A stretch of DNA of 32,931 nt from Candidatus Delongbacteria bacterium (lineage in GTDB: Bacteria > UBA4055), in contig JAFGVM010000017.1 of the NCBI GenBank assembly GCA_016937995.1, forward strand, positions 1-32,931. Direction: 5' to 3'. Of this stretch, positions 1-7,955 are shown piece by piece (within the stretch, counting starts at the first letter, position 1; every line of letters starts with the position of its first letter). The notes under the pieces were generated by a model that did no database searches, was not told where the DNA came from, and was given only the letters and a program-made list of their open reading frames with translations. Both the position numbers and the translations under genes were made by a program.

Positions 1-45
1 ATTGATATAAACATTCCTGAACCTGAACAGGATAATAATAACTGA
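1..45 (+). CDS. Possible 3' end of an upstream CDS (IDINIPEPEQDNNN*), truncated by the window edge
   Basis: Frame 1 is open from base 1 to TGA at 43-45, followed by an intergenic promoter region; too short to identify. Confidence 0.4.
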   Translation: MDINIPEPEQDNNN

Positions 46-80
46 CTTGATACAAGCCTTAAAATCCTTTCAAAAAATAC

Positions 81-111
81 TTGACAATAAAAGCTAAGAG
101 CGTTATATTTG
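81..111 (+). promoter_or_regulatory. Sigma70-type promoter of the tRNA gene
   Basis: TTGACA (81-86), 17-bp spacer, TATATT (104-109) followed by TG; about 25 bp upstream of the tRNA. Confidence 0.8.
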
Positions 112-133
112 CTAACCTGCAAAATGCAGTATC

Positions 134-207
134 GGGGCTATAGCTCAGTCGGTTAGAGCAGTAGACTCATAATCTATTGGTCCGGGGTTCAAGTCCCTGT
201 AGCCCCA
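134..207 (+). tRNA. tRNA with CAT anticodon, non-initiator; most likely tRNA-Ile2 (lysidine), elongator tRNA-Met not excluded
   Basis: Acceptor stem GGGGCTA/TAGCCCC, D arm TAGCTCAGTCGGTTAGAGC, anticodon arm GTAGA-CTCATAA-TCTAT, T arm CGGGG-TTCAAGT-CCCTG. The paired G1-C72 argues against fMet. The 3' end reads A-CAA, so CCA is not fully encoded. Confidence 0.95.
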
Positions 208-216
208 CAAGTAACG

Positions 217-242
217 AAAAGGTGCCTAGCACCTTTTTTTTT
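217..242 (+). terminator. Intrinsic terminator after the tRNA
   Basis: AAAAGGTGC-CTA-GCACCTTTT hairpin running into a T tract. Confidence 0.85.
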
Positions 243-256
243 ACTATGGAGAAATT

Positions 257-1381
257 ATGCTGGTAAACGATGTTTTAAAAATACTTAACAAGAGAATTAT
301 TCCATCTATCAAATGGAAGGATGATCCTGTTGGTCTTTTAGTTGGAAATAAGAGCTCAGAAGTTCGATCTATACTGGTAAGTCTTAATCCAACTATTGAT
401 GTTGTTGAGGAGGCTGTTGAAAAAAAATGTAACCTTATCGTTACACATCATCCGCTTTTTAAAAATCCATTGAAAAAATTAATTCACGGAGAATATTATT
501 CCGACATTATCTCAATGATGATCAAAAACGACATCTCTTTTATAGCATGCCATACAAATTATGATCTTCTGGATGGTGGAGTAAGTCATTTACTTGCCGG
601 TAAATTTAATTTAAAAAACATAAAACCACTGATACCGCTAAATGAAATATCCGGGGTGGAAGTTACAGAGTTATTTAAGATCGTAGTCTATGTTCCTTCT
701 GAATTTGAAGATCAGATCAAAGAAACGATCAGTAGCAACGGTGGAGCTTCCATAGGAAATTATGATCATGTATTTTTTCAAACAAAGGGTGAAAGCAACT
801 TCAGACCGGGAAAGAACTCATCACCATTCATAGGAACAAAAGGTGTTATTGAGCGTGTAAATGAGATAAAAATAGAGACCGTTGTACCTTCATGGAAGTT
901 GAATGAACTGATTGAAAAAGTTAAGTCTGTACATCCTTATGAAGAGCCTGTCATCGATATTTTCAAACTTGAGAATCTTTCAGGTAACTTTGGACTGGGG
1001 GTAATTGGAGACCTTGAATATGAATTAAGCTTAAAGGAATTTGCTCAAAATACAGAAAAATATTTGAACACAAAAACTTTAAGAATAGCTTCGACTACCT
1101 CAAAAAAGATCAAAAAAGTCGCTGTTTGCGGTGGAAACGGTTCATCCTATTGGAAGCATGCTTATATGGCTGGTGCAGACCTGTATCTTACATCGGAATT
1201 TGGACATCATCTCTATCAGGAAGCATCGAAATATATTCACATCATTGATGCAACTCATCATGCGACGGAAATTGTTGCGTCTAACGGATTGTTTGATTAT
1301 CTTAGTAACGAAATATTGGATAACAGGATAATTCTTTCTGAAGTAGATAAGGATCCTGTTATAAGTGTTGACGAAATATAA
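257..1381 (+). CDS. Nif3-like dinuclear metal centre protein (YqfO/YbgI, GTP cyclohydrolase 1 type 2 family) with PII-like insertion
   Basis: WKDDPVGLLVG, IVTHHPLF, HTNYD, HPYEEP insertion, VAVCGG and DATHHATE motifs; GGAG RBS. Confidence 0.92.
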   Translation: MLVNDVLKILNKRIIPSIKWKDDPVGLLVGNKSSEVRSILVSLNPTIDVVEEAVEKKCNLIVTHHPLFKNPLKKLIHGEYYSDIISMMIKNDISFIACHTNYDLLDGGVSHLLAGKFNLKNIKPLIPLNEISGVEVTELFKIVVYVPSEFEDQIKETISSNGGASIGNYDHVFFQTKGESNFRPGKNSSPFIGTKGVIERVNEIKIETVVPSWKLNELIEKVKSVHPYEEPVIDIFKLENLSGNFGLGVIGDLEYELSLKEFAQNTEKYLNTKTLRIASTTSKKIKKVAVCGGNGSSYWKHAYMAGADLYLTSEFGHHLYQEASKYIHIIDATHHATEIVASNGLFDYLSNEILDNRIILSEVDKDPVISVDEI

Positions 1382-1410
1382 ATAAGACCTGTTTTATCAA
1401 GGAGTAATAA

Positions 1411-2130
1411 ATGCAAAAAAAACTACAACAGCTTACAGATCTACAAACTTTAGATACAAAGTTGTACAAAATTGAAAAAGCAAAAGGAAACCTTCCTTAC
1501 CTTGTAAATGAATTTACCCGTGAGATAAATGAGATTCAAAAAGTTCTAGAGGAACTGAATACCGATTTTTCAGATACTAAAAAGGATATCCTTGATTCAA
1601 AAGCAACAGTCGATGAATCAAATAAGTTGCTTGAAAAATACAAAGATCAGAGAAGTATGGTAACAAATAATAAAGAGTATGAAGCTCTTGTTAATGAAAT
1701 GGCTTACCGAGAAAATTTAGTAGAAGAACTTACCTTAAAAATATCTGAATCAAACGTTAATTTACAAAGTATCACTGAAAATATTGACCAACAAAATAAA
1801 TTGCTTGAAGAAAAGACTGAAACACTGAAAGAAAAACAGAAGCAGCTTGATGAAAAACTTGCTGCGACTGCAGAAGATGAGAAAAAGTTAGCTGAAAAAA
1901 GAAATAAACTTGTTGCAAAAATTGACAAACATTTATATAATTTGTATGAAAGAATATATAGTTCAAAGAACCAAGCTGCAGTTGTACCTGCTGATGAAGG
2001 GCATTGCGGTGGTTGCTTCACTGTGTTACCGTCTCAAAAACTCTCTGAATTAAAGAGAGGGGATTCGATAGTACAGTGTGATACATGTAGCAGGATATTG
2101 ATATACAGTTTCGGAAACGAAAGTAAGTAG
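1411..2130 (+). CDS. Coiled-coil protein with C-terminal C4 zinc ribbon (DUF164 / CT398-HP0958 family)
   Basis: LQTLD start, long coiled coil, NNKEYEAL, CGGC...CDTCSRIL; commonly follows nif3 and precedes rnpB; AAGGAG RBS. Confidence 0.9.
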   Translation: MQKKLQQLTDLQTLDTKLYKIEKAKGNLPYLVNEFTREINEIQKVLEELNTDFSDTKKDILDSKATVDESNKLLEKYKDQRSMVTNNKEYEALVNEMAYRENLVEELTLKISESNVNLQSITENIDQQNKLLEEKTETLKEKQKQLDEKLAATAEDEKKLAEKRNKLVAKIDKHLYNLYERIYSSKNQAAVVPADEGHCGGCFTVLPSQKLSELKRGDSIVQCDTCSRILIYSFGNESK

Positions 2131-2137
2131 TGCAAAA

Positions 2138-2500
2138 AAAGTTGGTTGGATGGTCGTGTTTCAATTGATATTGGAATAAGGAAAGTCCGGACACCATAGA
2201 GCAGGATGCCTGTGAAAGCAGGGTGCAGAAATGCAACGGAAAGTGCAACAGAAAGCAAACCGCCTTGAACTAGATTCAGGGTAAGGGTGAAAGGGTGTGG
2301 TAAGAGCACACCGCGAAAGATCGTAAGATCATTCGGCATGGTAAACCCCATCCGGTGCAAGACCAAGTAAATCTTCCTTTTCAAACTGCTCGTTTGAGCT
2401 TAGGCGGGAAGAAGGGTCGGTCGCTTAGCAGCTTTGCTGCGTAGATAAATGACCATCGATTCTCCAGGGAATTACAGAATCCGGCTTATAGACCAACTTT
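2138..2500 (+). ncRNA. rnpB: RNase P RNA, bacterial type A
   Basis: P1 AAAGTTGGTT/GACCAACTTT; conserved AGGAAAGTCCGG, AGTGCAACAGAAA, AAGGGTGAAAGG, GGTAAAC, AGATAAATGA and ACAGAATCCGGCTTAT; P6 pairing GAGCA/TGCTC. Confidence 0.97.
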
Positions 2501-2529
2501 AAATTGTAATTAAAAAGTTAGATATAGAT

Positions 2530-3309
2530 ATGAGAATAATAATACCTGTAGTGATATTAGCAAGTCTCGTAAACATTTTTTGTAAGGTACCCTTCAAAAC
2601 GCTTTACGTTGAGATCAAGAAAGAAAGGTATGAAGGTGATCCTGAATTACTAAAAAGACATCAGGAAAATATTGATAAACTTGACGTATTTATTTCAGTG
2701 CAAAAAATATGGGTCGATGTTGAGAATAATTCCTATTTAATGATCGAAGAACCTGCTGAGGGTAACAATGTCCTTGAAAAAAATGGTAAATTGAAATACA
2801 AGGACAGGCATTACACACTTGATTATGGACTGAATTTTGCCTGGGATGGTACGGAAGTGGTAGGTGAGCTCATTTTTGATAACTATACAACAGATGTTCC
2901 AAATTATGAATATTACAAAGCTAAGTTGGTAAAAAAAGTGCGTATTACATGTGGCGATGGAGAGAAAAGAAAAGCACATATTTATAGCTACATGTTCTTT
3001 GATCCCACAGATCAGGATGAAACTGACGCATACGTGAATGAAATTAAGAACAGTGATATGCCTGAAGAAGACAAAAATGTAGAGATTCAGGCTGCGATAG
3101 GAGCTTTAGAAAAAAAAGCGATACGGTATACTGAGTGGATCTGGGTGGATAACGATATTGAAACCAAGATGTTCTTAAGAAAATATGAAACTTCGAATGA
3201 TGTTAGAACTGTTTTTGAGGTGACAAAGTTGATCGTTAATGAACCTCTGGATAAAGACATTTTTGAAGAGACTCTGTCAAAGTTCAAAATAAAACAAGTT
3301 AAGGGTTAG
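2530..3309 (+). CDS. Hypothetical exported protein
   Basis: 259-aa ORF with hydrophobic N-terminal signal-like segment; no family recognised. Confidence 0.75.
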   Translation: MRIIIPVVILASLVNIFCKVPFKTLYVEIKKERYEGDPELLKRHQENIDKLDVFISVQKIWVDVENNSYLMIEEPAEGNNVLEKNGKLKYKDRHYTLDYGLNFAWDGTEVVGELIFDNYTTDVPNYEYYKAKLVKKVRITCGDGEKRKAHIYSYMFFDPTDQDETDAYVNEIKNSDMPEEDKNVEIQAAIGALEKKAIRYTEWIWVDNDIETKMFLRKYETSNDVRTVFEVTKLIVNEPLDKDIFEETLSKFKIKQVKG

Positions 3310-3362
3310 CCTCAGGCTACAACTACCATGATTTTAATAATATTATATAAATTAGGCCAAAA

Positions 3363-5123
3363 GTGGAAAAAAGATGGGAATTCAAAAATGATCCAGAACC
3401 CTATATAATTGATGATCTGGCAAGCCAAACAGGGCTTCCGTCAGCTATTCTCAAGTTACTAGTCTCAAGAGGTTACAAAACCCGGGAGGATATAGAGACC
3501 TTCCTGCACCCCGAAAATGTTGAATACCACGATCCTTTTTTAATGAAGGATATGGATAAGGCAGTGGAAAGGGTAATTGAAGCACTGGTCAACAGAGAGA
3601 ACATTCTGATCTGGGGAGATTACGATGTTGACGGAATTACCTCGACCTCTATTCTTTACCTGTTTTTTCTGAGAAGATTAGGGCTGAAAGTAGATTATGC
3701 AATACCTAATAGGGAATCTGAAGGATACGGTTTAAGCAATAATGGAATATTGCAGGCATCCAAAAATGGTGTTGACCTTATCATTACCGTTGATTGCGGT
3801 ATTACTTCCGTTCAGGAAGTTGAATATGCTAAATCTCTTGGCATAGATATTATTATCACTGATCATCATGAACCTGATAATGAACTGCCGAAAGCATATG
3901 CTATCATTGACCCGAAAAGAAATGACTGTGACTACCCGTACAAACATTTAGCTGGAGTTGGAGTTGCTTTCAAGCTTATTCAGGGTATTCTTGCCAATAA
4001 CGACATGCCGTTAAAAATATCTGAAAAATTCATTAATATCACAGCTATTGGTACTGCTGCTGACATCGTTCCTATGACCGGGGAGAACAGAAAGATCGTT
4101 TATGAAGGTCTCAGAACTTTAGGCAATTGCCCTAATATAGGTCTAAGTACACTTTTAAAAAAGCTTAATTTCTATGGAAATGATGTGAAAGTCAATCATA
4201 TCCTTTTTGGACTTGCTCCAAGGATCAATGCTGTGGGAAGAATGGGGGATGCAGAGAGAGCTGTAAACCTTTTAATTACTAACGACATTCAGGAGGCAAC
4301 TGAGATAGTTGCTGATCTTGAACTTGAAAATAAAAGAAGAAGAGAATTTGATGCTGAAACATTGAGTGAGGCAATAAATATTCTTGAAGAAGTTGATCAT
4401 TTTGATCCTAAAGCTGATAAAGCTATCGTAGTTGCAAATGAGAACTGGCATGTGGGAGTTATAGGGATAGTTGCCTCAAGATTAGTGGAAAAATACTACC
4501 GACCAAGTGTTGTAATATCCATAAATGACGGTATTGGTAAAGGATCCTGCAGAAGTATTTCCGGAATAAACATATATGAAGTTCTTACAGAGTGTTACGA
4601 GTTGAACCTGTTGGAACAGGAGAATTTTGGAGGTCATAACTATGCGGCCGGATTTGAGATAGACAGTAAAAATATTCCTGAGTTCAAAAAGAAATTCAAT
4701 GAGATAATCTCACGGACAACACCTGATAAAGATTTTAAACCTTTCCTTAAGATCGACCTGAAAATAGATTTTAACGATATTGATCAGGATATGATGGATA
4801 ACCTATATCTCTTTGAACCTTTTGGTCCATATAACGAACAGCCTGTCTTTGCTACAGAAAATGTTGATATCGTAGGTGAAGTACGTATCGTAGGATCGAA
4901 ATTGGATTCCAACAACAGAAAAATGAAGTCCAAAGGTAATCATCTTCGTATGAAATTAAGACAGAATGGTATCGTTTTCGATGCTATCGGTTTTAACCTT
5001 GCTGATAAGTTCGATCTTGTGAATGATCTTAGATCAAACCTTAAATTTGCATATTTGATCGAAGAGAACAACTGGAATGGATCTTCATATATTCAACTTA
5101 AGATCAAAGATATTTTGGCTTAA
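3363..5123 (+). CDS. recJ: Single-stranded-DNA-specific exonuclease RecJ
   Basis: GDYDVDGITS, EGYGL, TVDCG, TDHH, GTAADIVP, PRINAVGR, GSCRS, GGH and EPFGPYN motifs; GTG start. Confidence 0.97.
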   Translation: MEKRWEFKNDPEPYIIDDLASQTGLPSAILKLLVSRGYKTREDIETFLHPENVEYHDPFLMKDMDKAVERVIEALVNRENILIWGDYDVDGITSTSILYLFFLRRLGLKVDYAIPNRESEGYGLSNNGILQASKNGVDLIITVDCGITSVQEVEYAKSLGIDIIITDHHEPDNELPKAYAIIDPKRNDCDYPYKHLAGVGVAFKLIQGILANNDMPLKISEKFINITAIGTAADIVPMTGENRKIVYEGLRTLGNCPNIGLSTLLKKLNFYGNDVKVNHILFGLAPRINAVGRMGDAERAVNLLITNDIQEATEIVADLELENKRRREFDAETLSEAINILEEVDHFDPKADKAIVVANENWHVGVIGIVASRLVEKYYRPSVVISINDGIGKGSCRSISGINIYEVLTECYELNLLEQENFGGHNYAAGFEIDSKNIPEFKKKFNEIISRTTPDKDFKPFLKIDLKIDFNDIDQDMMDNLYLFEPFGPYNEQPVFATENVDIVGEVRIVGSKLDSNNRKMKSKGNHLRMKLRQNGIVFDAIGFNLADKFDLVNDLRSNLKFAYLIEENNWNGSSYIQLKIKDILA

Positions 5124-5125
5124 AA

Positions 5126-5914
5126 ATGGAGAAATTACATATAATATCTGATGGGAAATTGGAAGTTAGATACAGTACCGGGAGACATGATTTGTCTCCC
5201 GTTTCATTAGATGACAGCTATCCCTCAATGAAGATGGGGTCCAATTGCCTGCTTATTCAGAAAAATGATAAAAATGTTTTAATTGATACCGGAACCGGAC
5301 TTTTTAACCCTGATGAAAACAAATATAAAATTGACTACCCAAGAAAGCTTTTAACAGGTCTGAAAGATCTTAATATCACCCCCTCAGACATTGATATAGT
5401 AATTTTGACACACTTCCATTTCGATCATTGCGGTGGATGTATAAGTGAAGATAAGGAACCTGTATTTTCAAATGCGGTACATTACCTTCAGTCCAGTGAA
5501 ATTGAATTTGCTGAAAAAGATCCTACATTATATAAATACTGGTCTGTCTTTAAAGATATTCTTGGGAAATACAATTTACTCAAAATAATTGACGGTAATT
5601 TTAATCTTGAAAAATCAGTTAAACTTATGCTATCACCTGGACATACCGCAGGATTGCAGTACGCAAAATTTACTATCAATGATCAGAATTATATATTTCC
5701 CGGAGATATAATTCCTACTCTTTGGCATTTGAATAATGAAAATATTATATATCTTGACTACGATCCAGAGGCATTGAAAACAGCAAAACGAAATATCATA
5801 AATGATTGTATCGAAGACGATTCAGTTATGATATTTCAACATTCAGTCAGACCTATGATGGGAAAATTGATTAATAAGGGATCAAAAATTGGATTTCAAA
5901 GAATATATTGTTAA
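5126..5914 (+). CDS. MBL-fold metallo-hydrolase (YtnP-like)
   Basis: LIDTG, THFHFDHCGG (HxHxDH), PGHT, GD and distal His; 2 bp after the recJ stop. Confidence 0.88.
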   Translation: MEKLHIISDGKLEVRYSTGRHDLSPVSLDDSYPSMKMGSNCLLIQKNDKNVLIDTGTGLFNPDENKYKIDYPRKLLTGLKDLNITPSDIDIVILTHFHFDHCGGCISEDKEPVFSNAVHYLQSSEIEFAEKDPTLYKYWSVFKDILGKYNLLKIIDGNFNLEKSVKLMLSPGHTAGLQYAKFTINDQNYIFPGDIIPTLWHLNNENIIYLDYDPEALKTAKRNIINDCIEDDSVMIFQHSVRPMMGKLINKGSKIGFQRIYC

Positions 5915-5938
5915 TATTATTTCAGGTATTCTTAAAGC

Positions 5939-5967
5939 TTGACATTCTAAATATATTACACTACCTT
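5939..5967 (+). promoter_or_regulatory. Putative sigma70 promoter for the 6003 gene
   Basis: TTGACA (5939-5944), 17-bp spacer, TACCTT (5962-5967). Confidence 0.55.
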
Positions 5968-6002
5968 TATCAAACTAATTAGTTTTAATATAGGAATTAT
6001 AT

Positions 6003-7250
6003 ATGCGTACTCTAAATTTATTTTTGTTTTCATTTTTCTTTTTTACATTATCGTTGCTTGCTGATGATAAAAGTTTAATACCTAAAATATACATCGACTG
6101 CAACAACTGCGATCTCGATTTTGTAAGAAGTGAAATAAAATTCGTTAATTATGTTATTGACCGGAAAGTTGCAGATGTATTTATCATGATCACTGATGAG
6201 ACAACCGGTAGCAACGGACAGAATTATACTGTTGAATTCACAGGACAGGAAAAGTTCATTAATAAAAATGATACTTTGAAATTTACTTCTATGCAGGATG
6301 ACACTGAGGATATCATTAGGCAAAAATTCGTTCAATGCTTAAAATTGGGACTGATTCCTTATATAACAAACACTCCTATTTGTGAAAATATTAAAATTAT
6401 TTATGATCCTGGTACTGAAGAGGAAAGTATTCTTGATGATCCATGGGACAGCTGGGTTTTCAGTATAAGTGCGTACGGGAATATGAATTCTCAAAAAAAT
6501 AATGACTCTTATTATACTTATGGGAGTATTTCCGCCAAAAGAGTTACGGAGGACTGGAAATTCAATACTTCAATATTTGCGGACTATCAGGAACAGAATT
6601 TCTACTCTTTCGATGAAAATGATAATATTGTTTCATCTGCAACCGATTCTTATTTTTCCAGGGGACAAAGTCTTAGTTCGCTGCTTGTAAAAAGCATCGG
6701 AGATCACTGGTCAGCAGGAATTTCATGCGATATTTTATCTTCTACATACTCCAACTATGACTATAGAATTTCTACTTATCCTGCAATAGAATACAATTTA
6801 TTTCCTTACTCTGAATCTACAAGCAGAGAGTTGAAGTTTTTATATAGAGTTGGATATCGTTATTTCAAATATAATGAAACTACCATATACAATTATCTTG
6901 CAGAAGGGAGATTCAGACAAATACTTGAGATATCAATGGAAATTAAAAGACCTTGGGGTAATATTGAGACAAATATAACCGGTTCTAATTACTTTTTTGA
7001 CCTTGATAAGAACAGAGTAGACATATACTCCGAAATATCTCTGAATATACTTAAAGGTCTCTCAGTGAATATTTACGGAGGTTATTCTATCATTCATGAT
7101 CAGCTTAATCTACCGAGGGGGGAGGTCAATGCGGAAGAATTGTTACTGCAGAAACAGGAGCTTTCAACGGAATATACTTTCTGGTCATCAGTAGGTCTTA
7201 GTTACACATTTGGTTCTATATATAATAATGTCGTTAATCCGAGATTTTAA
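6003..7250 (+). CDS. Hypothetical outer-membrane beta-barrel protein with N-terminal CxxC periplasmic domain
   Basis: Signal peptide, YIDCNNCD, aromatic-rich amphipathic strands after DPWDSWVF, C-terminal Phe (VVNPRF). Confidence 0.7.
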   Translation: MRTLNLFLFSFFFFTLSLLADDKSLIPKIYIDCNNCDLDFVRSEIKFVNYVIDRKVADVFIMITDETTGSNGQNYTVEFTGQEKFINKNDTLKFTSMQDDTEDIIRQKFVQCLKLGLIPYITNTPICENIKIIYDPGTEEESILDDPWDSWVFSISAYGNMNSQKNNDSYYTYGSISAKRVTEDWKFNTSIFADYQEQNFYSFDENDNIVSSATDSYFSRGQSLSSLLVKSIGDHWSAGISCDILSSTYSNYDYRISTYPAIEYNLFPYSESTSRELKFLYRVGYRYFKYNETTIYNYLAEGRFRQILEISMEIKRPWGNIETNITGSNYFFDLDKNRVDIYSEISLNILKGLSVNIYGGYSIIHDQLNLPRGEVNAEELLLQKQELSTEYTFWSSVGLSYTFGSIYNNVVNPRF

Positions 7251-7255
7251 TTAAA

Positions 7256-7822
7256 TTATTCACCCAGCATATCTTCTTTTAAGCTCTTCTGAGCAGGTTC
7301 TTCGCATAGCCATATCCCGAATAAAGCCTCTTTGAATCTGTGACCTTTTATCAGTGCGGAAGGAACTCCATTCTTAATGATACTTGTTCCCAGAGAGTCA
7401 GTATATATCATTTCAAAAATATCACCGTCTTTTATCTCGTCTTTGAATACTGAAGTAAATTCTCCGATCTCTTTCTTGATAGGAGCTGTGTTGTTATTTG
7501 TCGAATTTTCGAAACCTTCGTTAACTGCATTTCTCATCTTCTTACTTGTAATCAATGAAGATGTGATGTAAAGTCTGATAGCCATATCCTCTTTCGAGTT
7601 TATTATGGCTTTTGCGACCTTGTCTTTTTTTTTCAAATATAAAGCACCTACATAAAGGTCCATAAAAAATTTCTCTCTGACACCTGCTCCGTTTAAAATC
7701 AGCTGTGTACTGTTAGACTTTAAAGTTTCAGGTATTTCTATACCGCTTACGATCCTTGAATATAGAACTGAACTTGGAATGATCAGTGCTGAAATAATAA
7801 AAGATAAAATAATATTTTTCAT
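7256..7822 (-). CDS. Chalcone isomerase-like exported protein
   Basis: Signal peptide; LILNGAGVREKFFMDLYVGALYL and FKEALFGIWL...P..SLKEDMLG. Confidence 0.9.
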   Translation of the reverse strand: MKNIILSFIISALIIPSSVLYSRIVSGIEIPETLKSNSTQLILNGAGVREKFFMDLYVGALYLKKKDKVAKAIINSKEDMAIRLYITSSLITSKKMRNAVNEGFENSTNNNTAPIKKEIGEFTSVFKDEIKDGDIFEMIYTDSLGTSIIKNGVPSALIKGHRFKEALFGIWLCEEPAQKSLKEDMLGE

Positions 7823-7955
7823 ACTTTCTCCGTTTTTTAATCAAATTATAGTTTATACTTATTATTGTCAATAAAATAACATTAATTTTCTTGCTCAAAT
7901 CAATTATATTTCATTCCTTTCTAACGATTAAATAATTAATAAAGGGTTATACTGA

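Noticed and set aside
2018..2384. Minus-strand ORFs of 76 and 116 aa
   Set aside because: They are antisense to rnpB and the Zn-ribbon gene, an artefact of the GC-richer RNA gene
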